In this document: in pieces, positions 47,250-54,368 of the stretch
How positions within the stretch are numbered: the first letter of the stretch is position 1
Layout of the letters: each line of letters starts with the position of its first letter
Assembly: GCA_016125005.1 (NCBI GenBank)
Contig: WGMQ01000030.1
Span: forward strand, 101-64,100
Reading direction: 5' to 3'
Length of the DNA stretch: 64,000 nucleotides
DNA from: a bacterium
GTDB taxonomy: Bacteria; Sumerlaeota; Sumerlaeia; SLMS01
Notes under the pieces: generated by a model
Seen by the model: only the letters and a program-made list of their open reading frames with translations
The model's database searches: none
What the model was told of the DNA's origin: nothing
Made by a program: the position numbers and the translations under genes

Positions 47250-47477
47250 ATGACCACTCCGCTTCTGGACAAAGCCTTCGCCAAGGCCAGCGCCCTCCCC
47301 GCCGACCAACAAGACGCGATTGCCGAACTCGTCCTGGGCGAACTGGCTTCGGAGGAGCGTTGGGAGCGCCAGTTCGAGAAATCACAGGATACCCTTGAGG
47401 CACTGGCAGACGCAGCCCTCGCGGAAGATGCACACGGCAGGACACGCCCGTGTGGTTCCGGATCCGCTAGGAACTGA
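47250..47477 (+). CDS. small antitoxin-like protein (orphan, no toxin partner)
   Basis: ATG 47250 has AAGGAG 8 nt upstream. MTTPLLDKAFAKASALPADQQDAIAELVLGELASEERWERQFEKSQDTLEALADAALAE closely follows a small-protein family I remember from cyanobacterial addiction-module loci. The last ~12 aa diverge. Confidence 0.5.
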   Translation: MTTPLLDKAFAKASALPADQQDAIAELVLGELASEERWERQFEKSQDTLEALADAALAEDAHGRTRPCGSGSARN

Positions 47478-47493
47478 AGAGAGTCACTCGCGT

Positions 47494-47760
47494 TCACGGC
47501 GCCCGTTCCTCCCGCAACGATTCGACCTCTGCCGAAAGCCGCTCCAGTTCCATCTCCTGCTCCAGCAGGATCGCCATGACCAAGGCATCAAACGGGATCG
47601 GACGTGCCGCGCAGGTCGCCTCTGCCGTGTGCCTGCGGGCTCGCACGAACAGACGGTCAAACGCCGGACGCTGCTCCGCCCTCAGGCCCCGCCGGAACTC
47701 CTTCCACGAATCGATCTCCTCCTGAAGCCAGGTATTGAAGGTAGGAAGCGTCCGCCCCAT
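47494..47760 (-). CDS. hypothetical 88-aa helical protein
   Basis: ATG 47760 has GAGAGG 7 nt upstream. The sequence is MGRTLPTFNTWLQEEIDSWKEFRRGLRAEQRPAFDRLFVRARRH ... EQEMELERLSAEVESLREE. Third-codon-position G+C is 28/35 in the part that overlaps the upstream gene. Confidence 0.5.
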   Translation of the reverse strand: MGRTLPTFNTWLQEEIDSWKEFRRGLRAEQRPAFDRLFVRARRHTAEATCAARPIPFDALVMAILLEQEMELERLSAEVESLREERAP

Positions 47761-48352
47761 CGTTGCACCTCTCGATCTGAAAATCCCAGTCATCGCCCTG
47801 GGCACGCGTCCGCACCCGCACATCTCCGAACTCCAGCATCGGTCGCCACCACGCCTGGTCCCGCGGCACCGATTCATGCGTCACCAACAACGACGCCCCG
47901 TGGCGACGCGGCGCTTCCAGGTCCGCCAACACACCCCCCAGCACCCGCGCCCGCTCCGCCGCGCGCAGCGACTCCTCCAGGAACAGGTGATCCAGCCCGA
48001 GCACCCCGATGGCCGGCGGGGCGCCCCCCTTCAGGTTCAGGAGCGGCGGCACCATCTCCCGCGTCACCGCCGCCAACTGATGGATCGTGAAGCACCGCGT
48101 GACAAAGACCCGATCCAGCACATCCTCCCGCAAGCCTCGCCGCCGAGCCTCCCGCGCGAAAACATACGGATCGAACCCGTTGGCCCCATCCACGATGTAA
48201 AGCCTCCGATCCTCCGGCAGGAACACCGGCGCCAACCGACCCAACACCATCGCCGTGGCCCGACGCGGCGCCTCCAGCACCAGCGCCTGCCCCCTCCGCC
48301 GAACGGCGGAGACAGGACGCATGACAGATGGAACAAATGGCTCGGTCGACAT
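47657..48352 (-). CDS. RecA-fold protein without P-loop (ImuA/SulA-like pseudo-ATPase candidate)
   Basis: Start set at ATG 48352. The strand-helix pattern runs LYIVDGANGFDPY, VFVTRCFTIHQL, PAIGVLGLDHLF (Walker-B-like) and ASLLVTHESV. There is no GxxxxGK[ST]. The last 34 codons overlap the next gene and have G+C at the third position in only 17/34. Confidence 0.45.
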   Translation of the reverse strand: MSTEPFVPSVMRPVSAVRRRGQALVLEAPRRATAMVLGRLAPVFLPEDRRLYIVDGANGFDPYVFAREARRRGLREDVLDRVFVTRCFTIHQLAAVTREMVPPLLNLKGGAPPAIGVLGLDHLFLEESLRAAERARVLGGVLADLEAPRRHGASLLVTHESVPRDQAWWRPMLEFGDVRVRTRAQGDDWDFQIERCNDGADASYLQYLASGGDRFVEGVPAGPEGGAASGV

Positions 48353-48358
48353 GGCGAA

Positions 48359-48388
48359 ATAAAAGCGAAACACGTAAGACTCTGTCAA
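48359..48388 (-). promoter_or_regulatory. sigma70-like promoter placed for a leaderless transcript
   Basis: The minus strand reads TTGACA (48388-48383), an 18-nt spacer, TTTTAT (48364-48359), 6 nt, then ATG 48352. There is no Shine-Dalgarno sequence before that ATG. Confidence 0.35.
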
Positions 48389-48896
48389 GGGCATCCTCAG
48401 GGGCGGCGATGCCGGGGGGCCGGGGGCGCATTTTTGACGGTGTTACCGTCTGAGCCTCTCCTCGGTGCCGGGCACAGTCCCTGTGATGGTGCATGGATGC
48501 TTCGATTCTCCTTCCGCGGTCCCGGTCCGGAAGGCGGGAGTAGTCCCGGGAAGGGTCGGACAGGCGGGGGACCGAGGGCCTCCGACGCGGCATCCTGTGG
48601 GACCCACTACCGGGGTCCGAGCCCCACCCGACTGATGTCCCCACCATGAATGGATGGGGCTACAATTGTTAGGGTCCCTGCCGGGACCGCGGCCGGCGAG
48701 GACCAAGCCGACTTCGATGGCGGGAACAAGGCTGAGATGCTCCCCTTTCGCAGCCTCCCCCCATCGCCCTTGACGGCCCCGGATCGCTCCGGCATTCATT
48801 GTGCGTCGCTTGGATGCCTTTGCAGCCCCGGGTGCAAATCAGCCAGGCGCGGGCCTCGCCCCCGCCCAACCAACACCAAGCAGAGCACCAGCCACG

Positions 48897-50345
48897 ATGC
48901 ATGTCGCCTTCATCACAGCCTACGATCCGAAGAGCCCGTATCAGGTCAGCCTGCCGCCGCTCGGGATCGGGTATCTGTCTGCCTATGTGAAGCAGCAGTG
49001 TTGGTACGTCACCACCAGCTTCCACCACACGGTGGAGGAGTTGATCGACGCCAAGCCCGACATCATTGCCGTTTCCTCCACCACCGAAAACTTCGAGCAC
49101 GCAACCTGGCTCGCCCGGGCAGCCAAGGAGGCGCTGGGGAAGCCGGTCATTGGCGGCGGCATGCACATCACCAGCCTCCCGCACACGCTCCCGGATGTGT
49201 ACGACCTCGGCGTTGTCGGCGAGGGCGAGAAGACCTTCGTCGAGATCATCCAGCTTTACAACGAGGTCAAGAACCCCGGCACCAGCGACTTCGCCAAGCT
49301 GAAGGGCGTGGCCTATCACGAGAACGGCCAGGTCGCCATGACCCCGGCGCAGGAGCTGATCAAGGAACTGGACACGATGCCCTATCCGGATCGTGACCTG
49401 ATCGACCACGGCTGGAAGGTACCCTCCTGGGAAACCGTCCATCTGGTGTCGAGCCGCGGCTGTCCCTACAAGTGCTCCTTCTGCTCCAGCTCGCTCCACT
49501 GGAAGCGCTTCCGCTTCTTCAGCCCCGAGTATGTGGCCAAGGAGATCGAGTACCTCCGCGAGCGCTACAACCCCGAGATCCTCTATTTCTTCGACGACCT
49601 TTTCGTAGGGCACATCGGCCGCTGGCGCGAGGTGGTGAAGCTCTTCCGCGAGCGCCGCATCCACGAGGGCGTCCGCTTCCGCGCCTATGCCCGCGTGGAC
49701 CTGATCACCGAGCAGATGGCCGAGGAATTCGCCGAGCTCAATTTCCAGTACATCGACTTCGGTCTCGAGTCCAACTCCGAGCCGATCCTCAAGTTCCTCA
49801 CCAAGACCCGCGTCACGCCGGACGTGAACCAGCGCGCGCTCGACATCATGGCGAAGAACAACCTCTCCGTCGGCGCCAACTTCATCATCGGCTCTCCGCC
49901 CGAGACGCTGGAGATGATGATGGAGTCCTATGACTTTGCCGACCGGAACCGCAACGTGATCGACCGATGCTCGGTCGGGCCGTTGCAGCCGCTCCCCGGC
50001 ACCGGCGTGTGGAACATCGCCAAGATGCGCGGCCTGGTGAACGACAATTACGAGTGGGCCCGCCTAGGCGTCACCTACGACACCTTCGACTGGGATCGCT
50101 TCCCCTTCATGGGCGAGAATATCTCCCGCGAGGACTTCATGAGCGGCTGGGCGAAGTTCAACACCCTGGCCCGCGAGATCAACTATGTGGGGCAGATGAA
50201 GAACATGTCCCACCGCAACCACAAGAAGGAGCAGCGCATCCAGGAACTGGAGCGCGAGCTGCAGTCGCTCAAGGGCTCTCGTCTCGTGCAACTCGCCAAC
50301 AAGTTCCGTACTTGGAAGCAGTCGCTGACCGGTTCCGCGCACTAA
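48897..50345 (+). CDS. B12-binding-domain radical SAM protein
   Basis: Start moved to ATG 48897. The N-terminal cobalamin-binding-like Rossmann part is MHVAFITAYD..LPPLGIGYLSAY..DIIAVSS. SSRGCPYKCSFCSS is the CxxxCxxC cluster. The C-terminus has a coiled coil. Confidence 0.85.
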   Translation: MHVAFITAYDPKSPYQVSLPPLGIGYLSAYVKQQCWYVTTSFHHTVEELIDAKPDIIAVSSTTENFEHATWLARAAKEALGKPVIGGGMHITSLPHTLPDVYDLGVVGEGEKTFVEIIQLYNEVKNPGTSDFAKLKGVAYHENGQVAMTPAQELIKELDTMPYPDRDLIDHGWKVPSWETVHLVSSRGCPYKCSFCSSSLHWKRFRFFSPEYVAKEIEYLRERYNPEILYFFDDLFVGHIGRWREVVKLFRERRIHEGVRFRAYARVDLITEQMAEEFAELNFQYIDFGLESNSEPILKFLTKTRVTPDVNQRALDIMAKNNLSVGANFIIGSPPETLEMMMESYDFADRNRNVIDRCSVGPLQPLPGTGVWNIAKMRGLVNDNYEWARLGVTYDTFDWDRFPFMGENISREDFMSGWAKFNTLAREINYVGQMKNMSHRNHKKEQRIQELERELQSLKGSRLVQLANKFRTWKQSLTGSAH

Positions 50346-50353
50346 ACGCCGAC

Positions 50354-52105
50354 ATGTTTCGTCACCTCATTGCCCTGTTCGCGCTGGCCGCCCTGATCAC
50401 CTCGGGGCGGCTTGCCGCATCCGGCCCCTTCCACGAGACCGATCGCGAGATCACCTTCGAGCCGGGCGTCCGCGTGCTCCTCAACACGTCCGACGCGCCG
50501 CTTGCGGGGAAGCCGACCACGCTGATCCTGTACGCGCTCCCCAACGGCAACACGATCGAGCAAACCGTCGGGAAGATGCGTGGCGAAGGTGTGCACTGGC
50601 GCTTCGACATCCAGCACATCGGCGCCCAGACGCGGAAGCTCCGCTCCGCCGACAGCACGCGCAACTACGCGGTGGCCTATCTGGAAGCGGACGGCAAGAG
50701 CTGGCCGACTTGGCGCAAGAAGCAGGCGCAGGCGGGCGACGCGCGCATCCGCGAAATCGTCGAGTCCCTGAGGGGGGACGTCGAGGCGACCTTCGGCACC
50801 ACCGATGTGGCGCTGGTCGGCCACAGCGGCGGCGGCAGCCTTGAATCGGGGTTCCTCAACGCCTACACGGAACTCCCCGCGTTCCTCTCCCGCGTTGTCT
50901 ATCTCGACAGCAACTACAGCTTCGACGCCGAGGCAGGTCACGGGACGAAGCTGGCGAATTGGCTGGAGGCGGACCCGCGTCACACGCTGGTTGTGCTGGC
51001 CTATGACGACCGCAACGTGGAGTTGGACGGGAAGAAGATCATCACGTCCGACACGGGTGGCACCTGGCGCGCAACCGAGCGTATGGCGGCGGCCCTGCAG
51101 GCCGAGGGCGTCATCCTTGAGGAAGGGGAACGCGGCGCCTATCGTCGCCTTTTCGCGCCCCAGGTCGAGATGCTGATGCACCGCAACCCCGAGCTGAAGA
51201 TCCTGCACACGGCGCTCGTCGGCGACCGCAGCGGCTACCTGCACGCGCTGACCGTCCGCACCGCGCTGGAGGACAAGGTCGTCACCTTCGATGGGCCTCG
51301 CGAATGGGAGGAGTATATCGCCAAGGACGAGCCCAACGTCTATCCATCTATACAGCAAATTCCGCCCCGCGCCGCCGACGCTCCGACCGGCAGTGCCTTC
51401 ATCGAGTCGATCGCCGACCTCCCCCGCCAGGAGCGCGAGGCGGCCGTCAAGACACAGCTATTGGCTGGCAACATCCCGAACTTCCTCCGCCGGACCGTCC
51501 CCCTCACCGTCGAGGCCCTCGGCCTGGAGGGCACCAGTCACACCGCCACGCTGGAAGTCATGCCCGACTACCTCGCCATCGGCAGCGACGAGGACTTCGT
51601 GCGGATGCCCATGAATCCCCACACGGCGCAGGCTTTCTGCGATGCATTCGGCTTCGTGATGCCCACCCGCAAGATGGTGAATGACATCTGGGCCGCGTCG
51701 GATATCAAGATCGAGCCGCATCCCCTCACCGAGGCCCGCGACGCGACACGCACCTTCCTCCAGCACGACCGCATCATCATGGAGCAGTTGGCCGGGCGTA
51801 CCGGCTTCGTGGCCGGACACAAGAAGGACGTCGTCATCTCGAACCGTATATACGAGAAGCCGAATCGCGTGGCGATCTACGGCTGGCACTATATCACGGG
51901 AAAGCCCATCCAGCCGCTGACCATCGTCCATGTGGATTGGTACGTGGACTACAGCCACGGCATCCGCCCGGTGCGCCGCATGATCCGTATAGACGGCAAG
52001 CGCGACCTCCCGTTCGAGGAAGTGCTCGCCGATCCGCACCTCAACAACCTGCTGAGCGACGAAGGCACCATCGCCAAGCCGCGATACGAAATCCCCGCTG
52101 AATAA
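50354..52105 (+). CDS. exported two-domain protein: alpha/beta-hydrolase-like N-domain plus unknown C-domain
   Basis: Start moved to ATG 50354, 8 nt after the radical SAM stop. It has a signal peptide (MFRHLIALFALAALITSGRLAASG) and a GxSxG-like LVGHSGGGS. The C-terminal domain shows YLAIGSDEDFVRMPMNPHTAQ, IYGWHYITGKPIQPL and VDYSHGIRPV. Confidence 0.6.
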   Translation: MFRHLIALFALAALITSGRLAASGPFHETDREITFEPGVRVLLNTSDAPLAGKPTTLILYALPNGNTIEQTVGKMRGEGVHWRFDIQHIGAQTRKLRSADSTRNYAVAYLEADGKSWPTWRKKQAQAGDARIREIVESLRGDVEATFGTTDVALVGHSGGGSLESGFLNAYTELPAFLSRVVYLDSNYSFDAEAGHGTKLANWLEADPRHTLVVLAYDDRNVELDGKKIITSDTGGTWRATERMAAALQAEGVILEEGERGAYRRLFAPQVEMLMHRNPELKILHTALVGDRSGYLHALTVRTALEDKVVTFDGPREWEEYIAKDEPNVYPSIQQIPPRAADAPTGSAFIESIADLPRQEREAAVKTQLLAGNIPNFLRRTVPLTVEALGLEGTSHTATLEVMPDYLAIGSDEDFVRMPMNPHTAQAFCDAFGFVMPTRKMVNDIWAASDIKIEPHPLTEARDATRTFLQHDRIIMEQLAGRTGFVAGHKKDVVISNRIYEKPNRVAIYGWHYITGKPIQPLTIVHVDWYVDYSHGIRPVRRMIRIDGKRDLPFEEVLADPHLNNLLSDEGTIAKPRYEIPAE

Positions 52106-52159
52106 CGGCCGCCGTCGCGCGTAGAGTCGTCGTGACCAACTCTACGACGGAGGCCCAAC

Positions 52160-52990
52160 ATGGGTTCCCTTCTGACCGCAATTCTCTCGATCGTCTTCTT
52201 CCCGATCACTCTGCTGGGAAGCTGGATCACCGTCCACCCGCAGGAAGAGAAGGTCGTCCTCTTCTGGGGCAAGCTCGACCGGGTGCTGAAGAGCCCGGGG
52301 CTCTATTTCTACCTGCTCTTCGGGCGCCGCGTCATACCGGTCACCACCAAGCAGCAGGCCATCGAGCTGCACAAGACCACGGTGGCGGACGCGAATGCCA
52401 ACCCGATCATCGTGGCGGGGATCTGTACCTTCCGCGTGGTTGACTCGGAGAAGGCCGCGCTCCAGGTGGAGGACTACCAGTCCTTCGTGAAGTCCCAGGC
52501 CGTGGCGGTGCTCAAGCAGGTGGCTTCAAAGTACCCCTACGAGTCCCCCGACGGTCATGGCCTGAAGGACGAGGCCCAGGCGGTGAGCCGAGAGATGGTG
52601 CAGGTCATGTCGGCCAAGGTCGCCTCGGCCGGTGTCGAGGTGATTTCCTTCGAGCTTTCCGACCTGTCCTACGCGCCCGAGATCGCCCAGGCCATGCTGG
52701 TGCGCCAGCAGGCGCAGGCCCTCGTCGGCGCCCGTCGCATCATCGTGGAAGGCGCCGTGGAGATCGTGAAGGGCGCCATCGAACATCTGGAGCAGGCCGG
52801 CATTCCCATCGACAAGGGACATCAGTCGCGCGTGGTCGGCAACCTGCTGGCAATCATCTGCGGCGAGGCCAAGGTCCAGCCCACCTACGACATCCAGAAC
52901 AACGAATCGGATCGCAGCAACGAGCAACTCGCCGCCGTCATCCAGCGCCTTGAGGGAATCCAGAAGGCCCTCACCGCGAAGAACGGGTAG
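52160..52990 (+). CDS. SPFH/band-7 (stomatin-prohibitin) domain protein
   Basis: An N-terminal TM helix is followed by the SPFH core (VVLFWGKLDRVLKSPGLYF ... ELSDLSYAPEIAQAMLVRQQAQA). Confidence 0.85.
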   Translation: MGSLLTAILSIVFFPITLLGSWITVHPQEEKVVLFWGKLDRVLKSPGLYFYLLFGRRVIPVTTKQQAIELHKTTVADANANPIIVAGICTFRVVDSEKAALQVEDYQSFVKSQAVAVLKQVASKYPYESPDGHGLKDEAQAVSREMVQVMSAKVASAGVEVISFELSDLSYAPEIAQAMLVRQQAQALVGARRIIVEGAVEIVKGAIEHLEQAGIPIDKGHQSRVVGNLLAIICGEAKVQPTYDIQNNESDRSNEQLAAVIQRLEGIQKALTAKNG

Positions 52991-53078
52991 GCGCCGACTC
53001 TCCCGTTGCGCACGGTTCATGCTCCGCTTACCGTTCCCGCCTTCGTTCGGACAGAACGTGGACTACTGGAGAACTAAC

Positions 53079-54101
53079 ATGGTGAACATAGCGATCCTTG
53101 GCGCTTCCGGTGCGGTCGGCCAGGAACTTCTCAAGACGCTCGAGCAGCGTCAGCTCCCCATCGGCACCTTGAAGCTGCTCGCCTCTCCCCGGTCCGCTGG
53201 CAAGAAATTCCCCTTCCGCGGACGCCTCGTCGAGGTCGAGCCGGTGACTGCGGAGGCATTCAACGGCGTCCAGATCGGCCTTTTCAGCGCCGGCGGCTCC
53301 GTCTCTGCTGAATGGGCTCCAATCGCCGCCAAGGCCGGTGCCATCGTCGTCGACAACACCAGCCACTTCCGCATGGACGAGGACGTCCCCCTCGTGGTGC
53401 CGGAGGTCAACGGCGACCTGCTGACAGCCCGTCCGCCCCGCGGCATCATTGCCAATCCGAATTGCTCCACCATCCAGATGGTGCAGGTCCTGGACCCGCT
53501 CCACCGCGAGTACGGCATCCGCCGCGTCATCGTGTCCACCTACCAGTCGACCAGCGGCAAGGGGGCCTCGGCGATGGAGGAAATGACCGCGCAGACCCGC
53601 GAAGTGCTCGACGGCAAGCCCGCGGTCCCCAAGGTCTTCCCGCACCCGATCGCCTTCAACCTGATCCCCCATATCGACTCCTTCACGGCCAATGGCTACA
53701 CGAAGGAAGAACTCAAGATGGTGAACGAGACCCGCAAGATCATGCGTGCGCCGAAGGTCATGGTGTCCGCCACCTGCGTCCGCGTCCCAGTCTACCGCAG
53801 CCACAGCGAGTCGGTGAACGTCGAGTTCGACAAGCCGGTCGATCTCGCCCGCGTCCGCGAGTTGCTCTCCGGGGCGCACAACGTCGTCGTGGTCGATGAT
53901 CCATCGCGCAACGACTACCCGATGCCCGCCTACGCCGAAGGCCGCGACGAGACCTTCGTCGGGCGCATCCGCAAGGACATCAGCAACCCCAACGGCACGG
54001 GTCTGGACATGTGGATCGTGAGCGACAACCTGCGCAAGGGCGCGGCCCTCAATGCGGTGCAGATCGCCGAGATCCTCATCAAGAACGGCGTCGTGAGGTA
54101 A
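53079..54101 (+). CDS. asd: aspartate-semialdehyde dehydrogenase
   Basis: Start moved to ATG 53079. MVNIAILGASGAVGQELL is the NAD-binding motif, IANPNCSTIQMV holds the catalytic Cys, and SGKGA and the C-terminal LRKGAALNAVQIAE are present. Confidence 0.92.
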   Translation: MVNIAILGASGAVGQELLKTLEQRQLPIGTLKLLASPRSAGKKFPFRGRLVEVEPVTAEAFNGVQIGLFSAGGSVSAEWAPIAAKAGAIVVDNTSHFRMDEDVPLVVPEVNGDLLTARPPRGIIANPNCSTIQMVQVLDPLHREYGIRRVIVSTYQSTSGKGASAMEEMTAQTREVLDGKPAVPKVFPHPIAFNLIPHIDSFTANGYTKEELKMVNETRKIMRAPKVMVSATCVRVPVYRSHSESVNVEFDKPVDLARVRELLSGAHNVVVVDDPSRNDYPMPAYAEGRDETFVGRIRKDISNPNGTGLDMWIVSDNLRKGAALNAVQIAEILIKNGVVR

Positions 54102-54103
54102 TC

Positions 54104-54142
54104 CTCCGGCGCAGCTCACGAAAGTTCAGAGCTGCACCGGAG
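54104..54142 (+). terminator. stem-loop directly after asd
   Basis: CTCCGGCGCAGCTC (54104-54117) and GAGCTGCACCGGAG (54129-54142) form a 14-bp stem with one mismatch and an 11-nt loop. The downstream U tract is weak (CGATTTC). Confidence 0.5.
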
Positions 54143-54150
54143 CCTCGATT

Positions 54151-54341
54151 TCACCACGGAGACACGGAGGCACGGAGGAGACTGAAAAATCGATGGTTAA
54201 GCTGGGCGATGCGTGGGCGAAACGAAGTCCCCTGAAACGTCTGAGACACCATGGCAAGCGGACTGCTCCCAGAGTAGCAGGCAAGTCTCCCCGAACCAGC
54301 CCCCACATGCTTTTCTCCGTGTCTCCGTGCCTCCGTGGTGA
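54151..54341. repeat. 28-bp imperfect inverted repeats made of (N)CACGGAG octamers flanking a ~135-bp spacer
   Basis: The left arm TCACCACGGAGACACGGAGGCACGGAGG is at 54151-54178. The right arm TCTCCGTGTCTCCGTGCCTCCGTGGTGA is at 54314-54341. The reverse complement of the right arm matches the left at 26 of 28 positions. Confidence 0.6.
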
Positions 54342-54368
54342 GGCTTTCATTCCGTCGAGTTGCGCCGC

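Noticed and set aside
47217-47330. LexA/SOS operator upstream of polB or of the RecA-fold gene.
   Set aside because: No TGTTC-N4-GAACA (Verrucomicrobia type), CTGT-N8-ACAG or GAAC-N4-GTTC is present. GAAC-N11-GAAC at ~47313-47331 has the wrong spacing for the alphaproteobacterial direct-repeat box and lies inside a coding region.
48395-48896. Cobalamin riboswitch, tmRNA, RNase P RNA or SRP RNA in the large spacer. Triggers were GGTCCGGAAGG, a CCCCACCA end at ~48640-48648 and a GGGG-TCCGAGC-CCCC T-arm-like hairpin.
   Set aside because: - The B12 box (GCCACTG ... GGGAAGGC) is absent.
- The distance from the T-arm-like hairpin to CCA is about 21 nt instead of about 11.
- GAGGAAAGTCCGGGC of RNase P is absent.
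- The 3-prime strand after GGAA lacks the SRP GGAAGCA motif.
54151-54341. Short tandem CACGGAG repeats as a possible CRISPR array.
   Set aside because: The units are 8 nt and directly abutting with no spacers. The two blocks are inverted relative to each other, and there are no cas genes.
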